Origin: the human T2T-CHM13v2.0 reference genome, Homo sapiens
Assembly (NCBI RefSeq): GCF_009914755.1
Contig: NC_060947.1
Reading direction: 5' to 3' (one strand)
Length of the DNA: 64,000 bases
In this document: positions 33,586-48,986 of the stretch, piece by piece
Layout of the letters: every line of letters begins with the position of its first letter
How positions within the stretch are numbered: position 1 is the first letter of the stretch
The notes under the pieces: model-generated
Database searches by the model: none
Seen by the model: only the letters and a program-made list of their open reading frames with translations
What the model was told of the DNA's origin: nothing
Translations under genes and position numbers: made by a program

Positions 33586-34095
33586 ACTATTGCCTCTGTT
33601 TAGAAATTGGCTAATTTTTCTTTCATACTGTAACAACTAGTCTTTTAACAGAACAAATTTGCATGTAAATGTGAGGATATTAATGGACAATGTCCATTAA
33701 TCCTCGATATGCTGCTTGGCAAGGCAATGAGACAGACATGCAACATTTCATCTAGAGATTCACCTACCAATAAAGAAGTAGAGCAAATGAGAATGTACTG
33801 TTAATGCTGAGAGACTGAGGGACAAGAAGCTGAGTGAAGCTCAGGGGAGTTACAGAGATAATACAAAGACAGAAATGAAGTCAGGGAAATAATGCTATTG
33901 TATGTAGAGATGACTGGACAGGCAGATGTTACTACTGTGAGTTGGACCCACAGGTTTCTACTACATGTAACACCACAACAAAGGCCATTCATATTTGTCA
34001 TTTATATAATATTGCCTACTTGAAATTCAAGCAGTAAAATAGAAGCTCTGAAGGTCTAAGACCGACTGACAGAAGGATCAGTAAAAATCGTTTAT

Positions 34096-34492
34096 CTCTT
34101 TCCGTACCGATAGTGCTCCCGAAAACATGGTGAATGTTCCTAAAACTCACAAGACTTAAAGAAGTGTGGCTAGCACCAACCCCACAAAACGACACAGTAC
34201 AAGAAGGGCAAAGATTCTCTGTATGCCCAGGGAAAGCAGCATTATGACAGGCAGCGCAGTGAATATGGTGGGCAGACTAAGCCAATTTTTCGGAAAAAAG
34301 CTAAAACTACAAAGAATATTGTGCTAAGGCTTGAGTGCACTGATCCCAACTGCAAATCTAAGAGAATGCTGCCATTAAAAGATGCAAGCATTTTGAACTG
34401 GGAAGAGATAAGAAGAGAAAGGTCCAAGTGATCCATTTCTAAGTGTCATCTTTTGTTTTATTATGAAGACAATAAAATCTTGAGTTTGTGTT
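34096..34492 (+). pseudogene. RPL36A/RPL36AL (eL42) processed pseudogene
   Basis: Intronless; 5' pyrimidine tract ctctttcc, ATG 34127 (MVNVPKT), later [13 protein letters not shown]...[17 protein letters not shown]...KRCKHFELG, terminal TAA 34440-34442, AATAAA 34471; small deletion puts a stop at codon 11; TSD aaaaat(cg/ta)tttat at 34083-34095 / 34493-34505. Confidence 0.95.
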
Positions 34493-36707
34493 AAAAATTA
34501 TTTATCATATATCAGGAAGGTTTCAAGTCTTGTCTGATCCCATTTGCCATGTATTTCCTTTTCATACTAGAGTCAGGAAAAGTAATTTGATAGCTATGAC
34601 TTGGAAAATAGGTGCTATAAAAAGTAACTGCCAGTTTTTTAGTTTACTGATCTGAGCCCAGGTAGAAAAACCATATCTGAGTACAATACTTAGACTAAAG
34701 TTATTTCAGGGTAGAAAGACCATACTTGGAAAAATTCTAAATATGATTAAAGTCTTTTTAAAAGTAGGTTTTTAAAAATTCAAAAACCAAACCAATTACT
34801 TCCATTTCTTACTTCCATTTTAAATTGACAAAAAACCTGATCCGTGATTAAAAAAGAATTTATTGCTAGAAAGATTGGAGAAGTCCAGTACTGTGGTATG
34901 TAGCTTTCTCTCCCAAATGTATCTATATTCTGTCTGATCTTCAAGGTCCGTTTCAAGCCCCACCTCTTGCAGGAAGCTTTTGTTGACTAGCCCACATATA
35001 TGATAAGTGCCTTGCCCATAGTAGGTAATCAGTTAACATATCTTGATTGATTGTATTGTATTCCAATGGTTAAAGTAAAGGTGAAAGAAGATGAAGGAAG
35101 AGCTAAAATAGAATTTTTAGCACATCTGCACAATAATATTCAAGAATTCAAGGCATCTAACAGAATAACAGTTTCCCCTGAAATGATTTCAGGTAATTTC
35201 TCTGAACATATTTTAGGGCAATAAAAATATTATAAATCTTCTTAAATTAGTTTAGCTAAAGCTTAGCCCTACCACACTGTTTTATTTTCCATTTCACAGT
35301 GAAATACACCATTATATATACATATATGAGAGAGAGACCATTTCATTGACCACATGCATGGCTATAGAATTCTCTTTTTATTAGCAAACTGAGTTCTGCA
35401 CCCATTTTGCGGTATGGGTTGATGGCTCAGAAAGAAGCGCAAGTTTTCTTTTTAAAATAGCAATTCCTAAATGCCTTTGCAGCAAATAAACTTGTAAATA
35501 AGAGCTTTATTTCCTTCCTTTTTATACTGTTAAAGGAAATCAGACATTAGTATTAATGAATTGCTCTGAGTGATCACGTCATGAATCTATTAGTTTTTTT
35601 TATCTTAATTAAACAGTTAATTTAATGCTTTGTGGCTTGTGGGTAGATTGTTCTAGCATTTTTGGTTGGTCAATGACTCCCAGAGGTCTAATAGGCCTGT
35701 ATCTTTTAGTTTTAAATGTAATGTTAGTCTAAAATAGATTCAGAAAGAAGTTGATTACTTCATTCTTGAAGGAAGTAAAACAAGGAAGATCTGGTGTCTC
35801 TCCAACAAATATTTTTTGAAACTTCATTTTGAAAAAGCAGAAATGAGCTGGTTTCTCAATAGATTTATTTATTTAGTCATTTCATCATACCTCTATATCT
35901 ATTTTTAAAATCACTATGTAAATGGAAAAGAACTTGTATGGTAGAATTATGCGCCCAAATGACTATTCATTGATACAATGACTTGCTCTCCAAAGTATTA
36001 TTTAAGTTAGCAAGGGCAGATTCTTTAGTTTGGAGGATTATTACCCACCTCTCACTGGGTAACTGTCTGTGTCAAATTTTCCTGCTTCTACTACCAAACC
36101 TCAGCCAATTTCCTAAATTTCACGTAAGTAAATCTATAAAATTCACTGTCCATATTTATCTGCCAAATTAGTGAACTGTAAGATGAAGATGAATAAAGAA
36201 AAGCCTGTAAGAATTATGGAATTTCAGCAATGGCTTAGTTGAAATTCAGCAAGAGAATTTCAGTTGAGGGCTTAATGTACATTTAACACTTTGTTGGATG
36301 CTAATGAGGTGAAAAACATATTCTACAATACTTCCCTAAGGAAACAAATAAGTACTGTTAGACAGTAAAGGCAATTCAATGTAATAATGTAGTTTTGCAA
36401 TTTATGGTATAGGCAACATTGATTTCTCTCTTTCCTACTCTCTCACTCAGGATGAATGAAGAAAAAAATGGTCCAGTCATTTGCTTAACTCAGGCCTCAG
36501 TTTCCACAACTCCAAAATGAGAGCCTTATACTAGGTAATCTTTCTGTAAGGATCCTTCAAACTAACCTCTTTGTTATAAACAGATACAGAATACAGAAAC
36601 CACTGAGGTTATATGACTGACTTCCCTAAGGTTACAAATATAGAGTCACAAATTGTATAATATATAAAATGGGGAAGAGAACATGGAGAAAACTCCCACA
36701 AATTTTA

Positions 36708-36780
36708 TTAGGTTGGTTCAAAAGTAATTGTAGTTTTCACCATTGTGGTTTTCACCGCAATTACTTTTGCACCAACCTAA
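36708..36780. mobile_element. MADE1 (Hsmar1-derived MITE)
   Basis: Inverted termini TTAGGTTGGT(T)CAAAAGTAATTG ... CAATTACTTTTGCACCAACCTAA with a TA on the left flank. Confidence 0.92.
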
Positions 36781-37785
36781 TTCAGAATTTAAAAGTGAAA
36801 AACATTTGAATGCTGAGAAGATAATACATTGTTATAAAGTAATTTGAATTTTTACCATAGATTTATACTTTACTTTGGGTAAGTGCCATTTTCAGAAAGG
36901 CAGCCAAATTTGTACAAACATAGTGGATATTCTGAGTCTCTTGATTGAGAATGAAGCAACAAGATCAAATAAAAGTTCATTTGTTTCTCTAGTATAATAC
37001 AGAATACATTTATCACAACACTTATAGAGTGAGAAATTATTAAAAAAACACTCTATCCCTTCTCCCAGATTTCTTTAATTTCTTATGATAATTGAAATAA
37101 TGCTTGTCCTTCCTACCTTGGATTCATTCGTGGATAACTTTTCTTAATTATTCCCCATTTCAGTCCATTAATACAGCTTCAGAATTATTTCTGAAAAATG
37201 TTGTTCAAATGTGCCACCTTTTAAATTCCATTGTGATTATAGACTCTTAGGGTTAGTAATTGAAAGCTCATTTCAGACAACTCCCTATCTCATGTTTGAA
37301 CTCTGCACATCTCCCACTCTCTTTACAATGGCACCAAATAATGCTACCCAATTCCTGGGCAGAGCATAGATAAGGCTAAAAGTTGTCAGCTACCAAAGTA
37401 GCTGCTGAATATCAGAATGAAACCCAGGGACTCTAAAGTGGGTTATGAAGTGATGAGCTTCAGCTAACAGGGAACATTAGGAAATGACTGCAGACAAATC
37501 CTCATGCTTAATTCAGAGAAAGATGTACGGTTTGATTGGAGGGGGTGAGGAAGAAGGATATCATACAGACTATAAAGCCAAGAAGCAATGCTTAGAATGC
37601 AAATGTGTTATAATTTTGTGTGTGCAGTGTAAAAAGACTACTGGCCATATTTTAAAAAGTCATCTAGGTTACACTCACATACTTAAGAACACCAGAATTT
37701 CCATTTTAAATTTTAAGAAAATAGACATAATTGTTTGCACCTCTTACATGGCACTTAGCACATTGTATTACATTGTTTTTTCCTT

Positions 37786-37902
37786 AGATATGGAGTCTTG
37801 CTATGTTGCCAAAGCTGACCTTGAACTCCTGGGCTCAAGCGAACCTACTGCCTCAGCCTCCTGATTAGCTGGGACCACAGGTGCATGCCACTGCACCTGG
37901 CT
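37786..37902 (-). mobile_element. FLAM/AluJ monomer
   Basis: Reverse-complement Alu monomer text. Confidence 0.75.
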
Positions 37903-39640
37903 TCTATCGCATTTTATTTTTATTACTTGGTTTTTAACTTATACTTTAGAGGCAGGCCTGGTGTTAAAGGTTTTACATGCATCACGTCACTTTTAAATTT
38001 GAGTCTTATCTTTCCTACTGGATTATAAATTCACATGGAACAAAGATTATAATTTATTCATGTTTATACTCCCCAGCTACCGTTTGCATATATCATTACA
38101 TATTGTGGCTTCTCTCAACATATATTTGCTGAATAATTAATATACAAAAAGACACAAGCACTGTGGGAAAGGTATTTATAGTGCAAATTTGGAGTTAACT
38201 AGAACCTAAGTTCTAGTCTGTTATAAGCCTCTATGTCCTCCTCCGCCAAAAGAGAAAATCAGACTGGATGGTTACTGAGATAATTTCAAATGCTACAACT
38301 TTAAGAAAATATCAACAGTTTCTAATTCTGAAAATCCACTTCAAATAATAATACTCAGGTAGTTGATTTTATGCCCCAGAAGATTAATGGTTATGACTCT
38401 TCAGCTACTTAAGTAATTCTTATAAAATCTCAAGTCAATATTCACTTCAGGTCTCTAACTTGTCATTTTCCATTCACTCCAGTGCCCTACATTTGAAATG
38501 ATTCATGTCTTAAAGATTTCTGAGTGATTGAAGACATGTCTTCTTTTTGTCTTTTGTTATTTAAAGTAAATTTAAGATATCTTTGGCTATTAATAATAAG
38601 TAACATTCATTTTAGGTGATTTATAATAAATTAAACTGTGCAGCTACAAACTCTACACAAAAGAAGTTACTTAACTATTTGATAGGACAGATAACACTCT
38701 CCTGCATTTTCAGAAACGATTAAGCCATATCTTATAGTTAATCTAATATATAAAAAAATGAACTTCCTTAGGATTTAGAAATGTTACTAAAAATAATTAG
38801 CATTGTTTTTTTCTCAATAGGGTTTCTAGAAGATTTCTAGACATCTTGAACGGTGAATCATACCATAATAGATATTTTACTTTTGGGGAGAAGAGAGATG
38901 GGTGTAAAACAGTTTTCAATATTAAAATGTTTAATACATATATAGAAATTGAAAAAGAAGTAAAGGTTAAATGGATCAAAATGCTTTGGCAAAAGGCATT
39001 TTGACATGTAAGCAATTCACAAATGTAAACAATTCCAGTTATTCATATTGTCAACCTTTGAACATAGATAATTCTTTTACCCATAGTAAAGAACATTGGA
39101 GATACTTATACTTTCTAGTTCAAAAGTTTTCATTATTTTAATTCCTATAGCTCTAAAGGCTTCAGAAAGAGAGATTACAAATAACATGTAGACAACTCCA
39201 AATTTCTTGATCTTACTACAGATTCGCTAATGCAGATATGTTTTTTTGAGATTCATCCCAATATCTACTTTCCATTCTCTCTTAACTCTTTTTATATTTT
39301 CTATCAAGTATTTTTAAAATTTTCTTCATTTCCTATTGTAAATTTTTTCAGCCTAAGAGCAATTCTTATATTCTGTTTCCTGTTTTCTCCTCCCTAATTT
39401 TTTATCTTATTTTCTAACGAAGGCAACATATAGCTGAAAGGGTTTAATAATACAGTCACAGAATATCCTTATTATTAATATATCTACTTTTTACACCATA
39501 ATACAAATTTTCTTTGTAGATATTTTAGAGATTGTATATATTTTTCTCATATATCCCTTCATTTGATTTTCAACATAACTTCGACTTAGTTAGGGCCAGT
39601 ATTACTACATTGATTACACAAATGAGAAAACGAAGGGTAA

Positions 39641-40030
<390 letters not shown>

Positions 40031-41345
40031 TAAAATTTCATTCTATTTCCAGTACTTTCCCCTCTCTTCATGTCATGGATATTTAGTTCCAGAGAACTTC
40101 AGATGCTTAGAAATAAATGATACAATTAGGAAGTTATAGATATAGATATGTGTATGTATATTTGTATATATATATAGAGAGAGTCATGTTACTCCCAGAT
40201 GTTTAAAAAGCATGATAAATACTTGGTTTTCTACAAAGAATCAGACATTCATTTGCATGTGGTCAAGATTTAAATAACAATAGACTGACTAATGAGCAAT
40301 ATGACAGATTAAAACACAAAAAAAAAATCCCAAATCATTTTCTGCAGAATATATTGGAAGTCTAGCTATCTGGTTGCACTTTAGCCAAACAAAGTTTCCT
40401 TAAAATAAATCAAGCCTTGATTGAGTTCTGCTTCAAATTTTTCAAAAGAGTGCTTCAACTTATTATGACTTCTCTCTTACTTTCATGACTATTAGCCCTA
40501 TCCCTTTCACATTTCCTGTAATAGCCAGAACCCAGATAACAGAGGGTACCTTCTGCATTTAAAAATAATCATTTTCCAATACTTGTATTTAAAGAAAACA
40601 TTTCTACCTTACCCACACACATGGCATATTTTTAAAATACAGAAGCACTGATAAACAATTTAACATTGCATACCCTGGATTTAAACATTTAAAATATACT
40701 GTGCATGTGGATAAGGTAGCAATGTTTGCTTTAAATACAAGTATTAGAAAAACAATTTTTAAGAGAAAATTTTAATTAGTATAAAAATTGATGAAATAAT
40801 TGAATAATATTATCCCAAAGTTAGCTTTCAGTGGAGAATTTTAAATGGGAGTTCATTAATATCTTGCTGAATATCAATAACGTAAATGCTGAGTTTATGG
40901 TTTAGCTTCATGATTAGAAATTGTCTTATTCCTTTATTATATTTTTAGATTGAATTGGATATAGGCTATTACCTTATAAAGGGTTACAAAAGAAAACAAA
41001 TTCTGGACAAACATTCATCTAGATGCCTTTAATTATATTTCATATGATCATTTTGCCCCTGTACTAGAACATTTATTTTTTGAGGAGTATTCAGTTTCCT
41101 CTATTTGTATTCAGAACTCCTTTGAGTCTTTGGGGGGTGATCCCAAATGGCAGGAAGAAGAAAAAGAAAAGTTATTTATAGCTTGTTCATGACTTTTATC
41201 AGTGTTCCATTTTGATTTCCAATTACTTTCCCCTGGAAAATATATCTAGATACCTTATCACTATCTTTAATGAATCTAAAGCTGTACAATTTGTGTTGCT
41301 ATAAAATAATTTCAAAAGAATTATTCAAACTTTTGTCCTCAGTCA

Positions 41346-41773
<428 letters not shown>

Positions 41774-44700
41774 TTATACCCGACATTGTAAAAAACACAT
41801 GTTAGAGAATATAACACTTGTTCTTAGAGTCACAAAACTGTCAAGGGAGGATTTAGCAAACATTTTACGGTTCCTACCATTGAGAAATTTATCTTCTATT
41901 TGGGAAGATAAACTGTATTGGCATGCAACAAAAATGAAGACATTATATAGTGAAGGACTAAATTGTGTACCACATAAAAATGAAGGAAAAGAAACAACTA
42001 AAGGAATTTTATTGGCATAGAGAGGAAATGAATTGGAGCTTGAGGACAAGTAGGGTTTGAATTGACACAGAAGGACAATATTCCAAAGGGCCATAGGATA
42101 TTCATGTTTCACGGTATGAGAAGAGGTAAATTAGGAACTAGTTAGTGGGGGTGAGAGTCACCTCTAATCTGAATATGTTTAAAACAGTGGTGAGACATGC
42201 ACCATCAGATGTTCTCTGGAGAAATGAAAATGTGATACTGGATCTCTGGAGATAGAATTTCGAACAATCCATGCTACACTAGTTTAGCTAAATTTCAAAA
42301 TTGTACAAAAAAGAGAAGGTTGTAGAGAGAAAAGAAAAGAATGGAAGTCCAAAAATAAAGCATTTATTATTTAAAGTTTTGGGTAATATTTAAGATTGAT
42401 ATTTACCTGGGAATATTAATGATGAAACTTTTCTCAGGTTTTCCCCAACTTTAGACATTGTTACATTCAATAATTGTTAAGATTCTGCTCTGGGCAAGAC
42501 ATTTGACTGAGTACTTCAGGGCTTCCCAGAAGAGGAAACAATACTTAATTCTGATCTTTAGTAGTTTGAAGTCTAGTCAGTAGCTGGAGATCAAATATAT
42601 GAGCTCTACACAAAGGATTTGGCAGCAAAGGTTACTGTTAAATTCAGAGAAGATTGTAAGAGCACAGTAGATAGAAAAGAGATTGCATGGGATGAAAATA
42701 TTGATACAAAAACCTCTTTACCCCAAAGCCCAGAGAGGAAGTGTAAATTTGGATCAACCCTTTTGGGTGCCATTTTCACTATCACCTAAACATAGAGTGG
42801 CCAAACCTCTTTTTGACTGACTCACAGAGATTTTCGGATGGATAAGACTTTTGTTTAACAACAGAAAAAGCCTCCATGAGTCTGGAGTCATTCATATTCA
42901 GTCCTGTTGCTTTTATTCCCTTAACTTAATAAAGATAAGTAAATCAGCAAACAGGAGTTGAGTGCCTTTTGTGTGTTTAGCAATGTATTAGATTATTTGA
43001 ATGATGCCAATAGAAATATGTAAGGTCCCTTATATAGTTAGGAGTCATATGAATTACTTGCTATCAGCAAGCCCTTAGAAACCTGAATTATACCTTGGTT
43101 TAAGTTACAAGTAAGTAATGAGCTGTAGATAGACTTTCAGTTAAAATTAATAGTCCAAATACCATATGACTGTTAGTTCTCAATGCCAAAAAGTCATCCA
43201 TTTTATGAGATTATTTTTAGGAATACCAGCAAAGTACTTTATAATTCCTAAATGCATGGATAACGTTATGAAAATAATAACACATTAAATACTGAGCACT
43301 CTAATAAAGCAAGTAGAACTAAAGCATACTGATCACATTTGTAAGTGACTCAATATTGCCTGTTATTATTAAATGATTATATATTATTAAAGATGAACAA
43401 ATTAAGACTTAGAGAGGGTTCTTGATTTGCTTCAGGTCATACAGCTAATTATTGGCAAAACTGCAGAGAGAACTTAAATTTCCTAACTCTGAAATCAGGT
43501 TCTTTTCCACCATGGTTCACTGCCTCTTGAAGCCTATGTAGCATATTAAATGAAAGCCTTTAAAAATTTGACTACATCATACTGTCCTTGAGAATCATGT
43601 CATGCTTAATAAATTCAAAATGAACAGGAAGTACATTTGCATTTTTGGCTTCAAAAATTAGAAAGTTAATACAAGTATGTGAATACTTTCAAAATTATGA
43701 CTTGTTCTTACTAACATATAGGTAGAAGATGTATATGTGTGTGTGTTATATAATATCCGTATGTTTCACAATGAGAGAGAAACATGTAAAGACAAATAAG
43801 AGTATTTTTTGAAGTTTAAATTAGATGACTGACCAGTTAACAGGCCATGTGCTCTTATTTATGATAGCCTTTATTTCTTAATTTATTTGAGCAATCGAAG
43901 TCTGAAAGAGCTCAAGACTGGATGCTTCCTTTCTATAAATTACATCTCTTAAAATGTACAAATGCAAGCATGAGTCACTAGCTACAGAATTCCAGCTTTA
44001 ATACATTATGTCATTTTTATAAGGAAACCAGTGACCTTCATGTGGTTTTTAAGGACAATGTCTCTGTGAACTACAGACTATGTGAAAGATGAAATCATAA
44101 CATGAACAATCAAACAAGCTCAATGGCATGATCTAAAAGATAAAAAAAACATGCATTTCATAGATTGAAATCTGCTTACCTCTGTGATTATTTTTCCATG
44201 ATTCATTTGCATGTGTGCCTTGCATATATTGTATTGATTTGAAATTAAATTGAAACATTCACATATGTTACAATCACATTTTAAATAGTTAACTTTCACT
44301 GAGGTGTGCACAAAGGAATGGTGATGAGAAGGAAAGTACATAGCCCACAGCAATCCTGAATGTATATTTTGATAGGTAGTTTGAATTTTCTATTTACTCA
44401 AACTTATGTCAGTAATGTTTAAACTATAGTATTACTGAAGTTGTTATTTATATATACCATTCCATCTAGTAAATATAGAGCAGAATCTCGGAGATAGGAG
44501 GAAGTCCAAGAAAGAAATCACGGACACTTCTAATGAAAAGGAAAGAGAAAGGGAAAGGAATCAACAAATATTGAGCCCTAACCATATCCTACTCAGTGCG
44601 TGTTGCAAAGTACATATATTATCTCATGTCATTCTCACAACAACTGTAAGAAAAAGGAAATGGAAACAGAGACAGGTTAAGTCATGTGCCCAAACACACA

Positions 44701-45776
44701 GCTAATAAGGCGTTGAGCCAAGATTCAAACCCATATCTGTCTAATTACAAAGGTTGTGTGCTCTTTTTCCATAGTACCTTGATTAACAGCCTTAAGGTTT
44801 AAAAATATGCCAAATACTCATGCACAACAACATGCTCTCAGTATAACATTTACTTAATCATTTTTCATTTACAATGTTTTCAAGGAACTAAATGGAAGAC
44901 AAGTCAGGAGACATCAATCATATATCGCCTTCTACAAATCAGGAATGTGTGTATTTTCAAATATCTCAGTTTGTTTTTAGAGGTGAAGGATAGCTATTTA
45001 CTAATAGTAATAAAGATGGAAAAAGTATGCAAAATGCTATCTAATAATAATAATTGGTAATGAAATAGGAAAATAAAAGGTGAATCACAATATTTAAAAA
45101 ATATTAAAAATATTTTAAAATATCACCTTAAGAATCACATTTACTGGGAAATAAAAGGCAGTTATAATAACACAGGAAACATTTTGACTGCATATTCCAT
45201 GAAATTACTACTGTCTTTATACTTTTGTAGCATAATAAGTGATTCTATTTTAATCTAATTTCATATATAATAGTAATATATTTTCATAATTTAACGAGTT
45301 CAAATCTAAACATGGCACTTGCATTTTAAATGCAAAGTATATGTAAGATCCAATTTTAAAGATCCATTTTATGTATTCTTTAAAATGTTTTCTTCCATCA
45401 TACAACTTCAGATCGACAATATATTTTGTATTGAATTGTTTTCTTTAATTTTTACAGTGAAACTTGTCATTTCAAGTTTAGTAAATATTATGACTTGATT
45501 TTTAAATAAAAATAAAGCATACCAAACACATCTACCTGCTATCTAAGAGTATTTTAAGAATCAGTTTCCAAATACTATTCAGAGCAAAACCTATAGAATA
45601 TCCAGAAACTGTCACTAGTTTTTTACTCATTTCTGAATTCATTAGCTTTTAAACTCTTTCTTTTTTTTTAGGAAAATCACCAGTGGTCTATATGCTGGTA
45701 CAATTTAAGCAAGAAGACAGTTGAGAGGAAGAGATAGGCTTGCAAATCAAGGTACAGAATTGCCCCAGATAACTTT

Positions 45777-46229
45777 TTTCATGTGCGTCCCTGTGAAGAG
45801 ACCACCAAACAGGCTTTGTGTGAGCAACATGGCTGTTTATTTCACCTGGGTGCAGGTGGGCTGAGTCCGAAAAGAGAGTCAGTGAAGGGAGATGAGGGTG
45901 GGGCTGTTTTATAGGATTTGGGTAGGTAAAGGAAAATTACAGTCAAAGGGGGTTTGTTCTCTGGCGGGCAGGAGTGGGGGTCGCAAGGTGCTCAGTGGGG
46001 GTGCTTTTTGAGCCAGGATGAGCCAGGAAAAGGACTTTCACAAGGTAATGTTATCACTTAAGGCAAGGACCGGCCGTTTACACTTCTTTTGTGGTGGAAT
46101 GTCATCAGTTAAGGTGGGGTAGGGCATTTTCACTTCTTTTGTGATTCTTCAGTTACTTCAGGCCATCTGGATGTATACATGCAAGTCACAGGGGATGCGA
46201 TGGCTTGGCTTGGGCTCAGAGGCCTGACA
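45777..46229 (-). mobile_element. HERV-H 3' LTR (LTR7)
   Basis: Minus strand TGTCAGGCCTCTGAGCCCAAGC...CATGAAA; intact AATAAA (plus-strand TTTATT 45836-45841). Confidence 0.95.
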
Positions 46230-48227
46230 TTCCTGCCTTCTTATATTAATAAGAAAAATAAAACAAAATAGTGTTGAAGTGTTGGGGCGGCGAAAATTTT
46301 GGGGGGGTGGTATGGAGAGAGAGAATGGGCGATGTTTCTCAGGGCTGCTTCAAGCAGGATTAGGGGCGGCGTGGGAACCTAGAGTGGGAGGGATTAAGCT
46401 GAAGGGAGGTCTTGTGGTAAGGGGTGATATTGTGGGGATGTTAGAAGAAACATTTGTCGTGTAGAATGATTGGTGATGGCCTGGATATGGTTTTGGATGA
46501 ATTGAAAAACTAAATGGAATAACAGAAGGAGAAAAACAGGTATAAAAGGTCTAAGAATTGGGACAACTCAGGATATTTGATTAGAGAGTGCTTAAGGAGA
46601 TTTGGCATAGTCCTGCCAGCAAAGATTATTTATTTACTTCAAGAGTTAAGAGTGGCAGTTTGGGGATAGCACCAGGAGATATCAGCTGTGATGGCTTCGA
46701 GAAACAGTGTAAACCGGCAGTGTAAACAAGAGCAGGGCATGTATGAGTAGTTGAGAACGGTGAATAGGAGTATGACTAGACAGAAGATAGTAGGGATGAC
46801 AAGTTTTTTTTTGGGGGGGCACAGTCTAAGTTGGTCTGGTGTCTGGAATGAGACTGGGGCCTAATAAAAAGGAGCGTCTATACAGGAGCTTAAATGGGCT
46901 GTACCCTGTAGCATTCCGAGGACAGGCCTGAATTCTGAGAAGGGAAAGTGGTAAAAGTATTGTCCAGTCCTTTTTAAGTTGGTGGCTGAGCTTGGTGAGG
47001 TGTGTTTTTAAAAGACCTTTAGTCCATTCTACTTTTCTTGAAGACGGAGGACCATAAGGGATATAAAGGTTTCACTGAATACTAAGAGCCCGAAAAACTG
47101 CTTGGCTGATTTGACTAATAAAACTCATCTGTTATCAGACTGTATTGAGGTGGGAAAGCTAAACTGAGGAATTATGTCTGACAGAAGGGAAGAAATGACT
47201 GTGGTGGCCTTCCCAGACCCTGTAGGAAAGGCCTTTACTTATTCAGTGAAAGTATCTACCTAGACTAAGAGGTATTTTAGTTATCTGACTCAGGGCTTGT
47301 TGAGTAAAGCTAATTTGCCAGTCCTGGGTGGGGCAAATCCTCGAGCTTGATGTGTAGGGAAGGCAGGGGGCCTGAATAATCCCTGAGGAGTAGTAGAATA
47401 GCAGATGGAACACTGAGAAGTTATTTCCTTGAGGATAGATTTCCTCGATGGAAAGGAAATGAGAGGTTCTAAGAGGCGGGCTAGTGGCTTGTACTATAGC
47501 ATAACCTGCCTTTGCTGGTGTGTGGCGATTAGGCCTGGTGGAACCGCCATCAATAAATCAAGCGTGATCAGGGTGAGGAACAGGAAAGAAGGAAATTTGG
47601 GGAAATGGGGTGAATGTCAGGTGGATCAGAGAGATACAGTCATGGGGGTCAGGTGTGGTATCAGGAATAATGTGGGAGGCCGGATTGAAGTCTGGGCCAG
47701 GAACAATGGTAATTGTGGGAGACTCAACAAAGAGTGAGTATAGCTGAAGGAGCCGGGAAGCAGAAAGTATATGCGTCAGGTATGAGGAAGAAAATAGATT
47801 TTGGAAGTTATGAGAACTGTAGAGAGAGATTTGACATAGTTTGTGATTTTGAGGGCCTCTAAAAGTATTAAAGCAGCAGCAGCAGCCGCTGCATGCAGAC
47901 ATGAGGGCTAGGCTAAAACAGTAAGGTCAAGTTGTTTGGACAGAAAGGCTACAGGGTGTGGTCCTGGCTCTTGTGTAAGAATTCTGACCACTTGAACCAT
48001 GCCTAGGAAGGAAAGGAGTTGTTGTTTTGTAGAAGGTGCTGGGGTTTGAGAGATCATTCGGACACGATTGGCAGAGGGAGCACGTGTGTTTTTATGAGAA
48101 TTATGCCGAGATAGGTAACAGATGAGGAAGAAATTTGGGCTTGATTGAAGTAATGGGGGCTGTCTGTGAAGCTTTGCGGCAGTACAGCCTAGGTAATTTG
48201 CTGAGCTTGATGGGTGTCAGAGTCAGT

Positions 48228-48620
48228 CTAAGTGAAAGTGAAGAGAGGCTGGGATGAAGGGTGCAAAGGAATAGTAAAGAAAGCATGTTTGAGATCCAGA
48301 ACAGAATAATGGGTTGTAGAGGCAGGTATTGAAGATAGGAGAGTATATGGGTTTGGCACCAAGGGGTGGATAGGCAAAACAATTTGGTTGATAAGGCGCA
48401 GATCCTGAACTAACTTGTAAGGCTTGTCTGGTTTTAGGACAGGTAAAATGGGGGAATTGTAAGGAGAGTTTATAGGCTTTAAAAGGCCATGCTGTAGCAG
48501 GCGAGTGATAACAGGCTTTAATCTTTTTAAGGCGTGCTGCGGGATGGGATATTGGCGTTGAGTGGGGTAAGAGTGATTAGGTTTTAATGAGATGGTAAGG
48601 GGTGCATGATCGGTCGCCAA
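48228..48620 (-). pseudogene. HERV-H pol (reverse transcriptase N-terminal) remnant
   Basis: SPYNSPILPVLKPDKPYKLVQDLRLIN...YSVLDLKHAFF gammaretroviral RT motifs; truncated before the YXDD motif. Confidence 0.9.
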
Positions 48621-48773
48621 GGAGGGAGTAGAGGTATCTTATACTTGTGGGTTAAGGTGGGGGGATACAAGAGGAGGACGCAAAGGAGGCTTTGGATTGG
48701 GAAGAAGGGCGGCAATGAGATTTAGCTGTAGTCCAGGAATAGTCAGGGAAGCAGGTAATTTAGTTAAAGTGTC

Positions 48774-48986
48774 TCAGCCTAATAAGGGAACTGGGCAGGT
48801 GGGGATAACTAAAAAGGAGTGTTTAAAAGGGTATTGTCTAAGTTGGCACCAGAGTTGGGGAGTTTTAAGAGGTTTAGAAGCCTGGCCGTCAATACCCACA
48901 ACAGTTATGGAGGCAAGGGAAACAGGCCCTTGAAAAGAAGGTAATGTGGAGTGGGTAGCCTCCGTATTGATTAAGAAGGTAATCAC
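48774..48986 (-). pseudogene. HERV-H protease remnant (catalytic DTG read as NTE)
   Basis: FLINTEATHSTL...VVGIDGQ...CPVPLLG. Confidence 0.85.
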
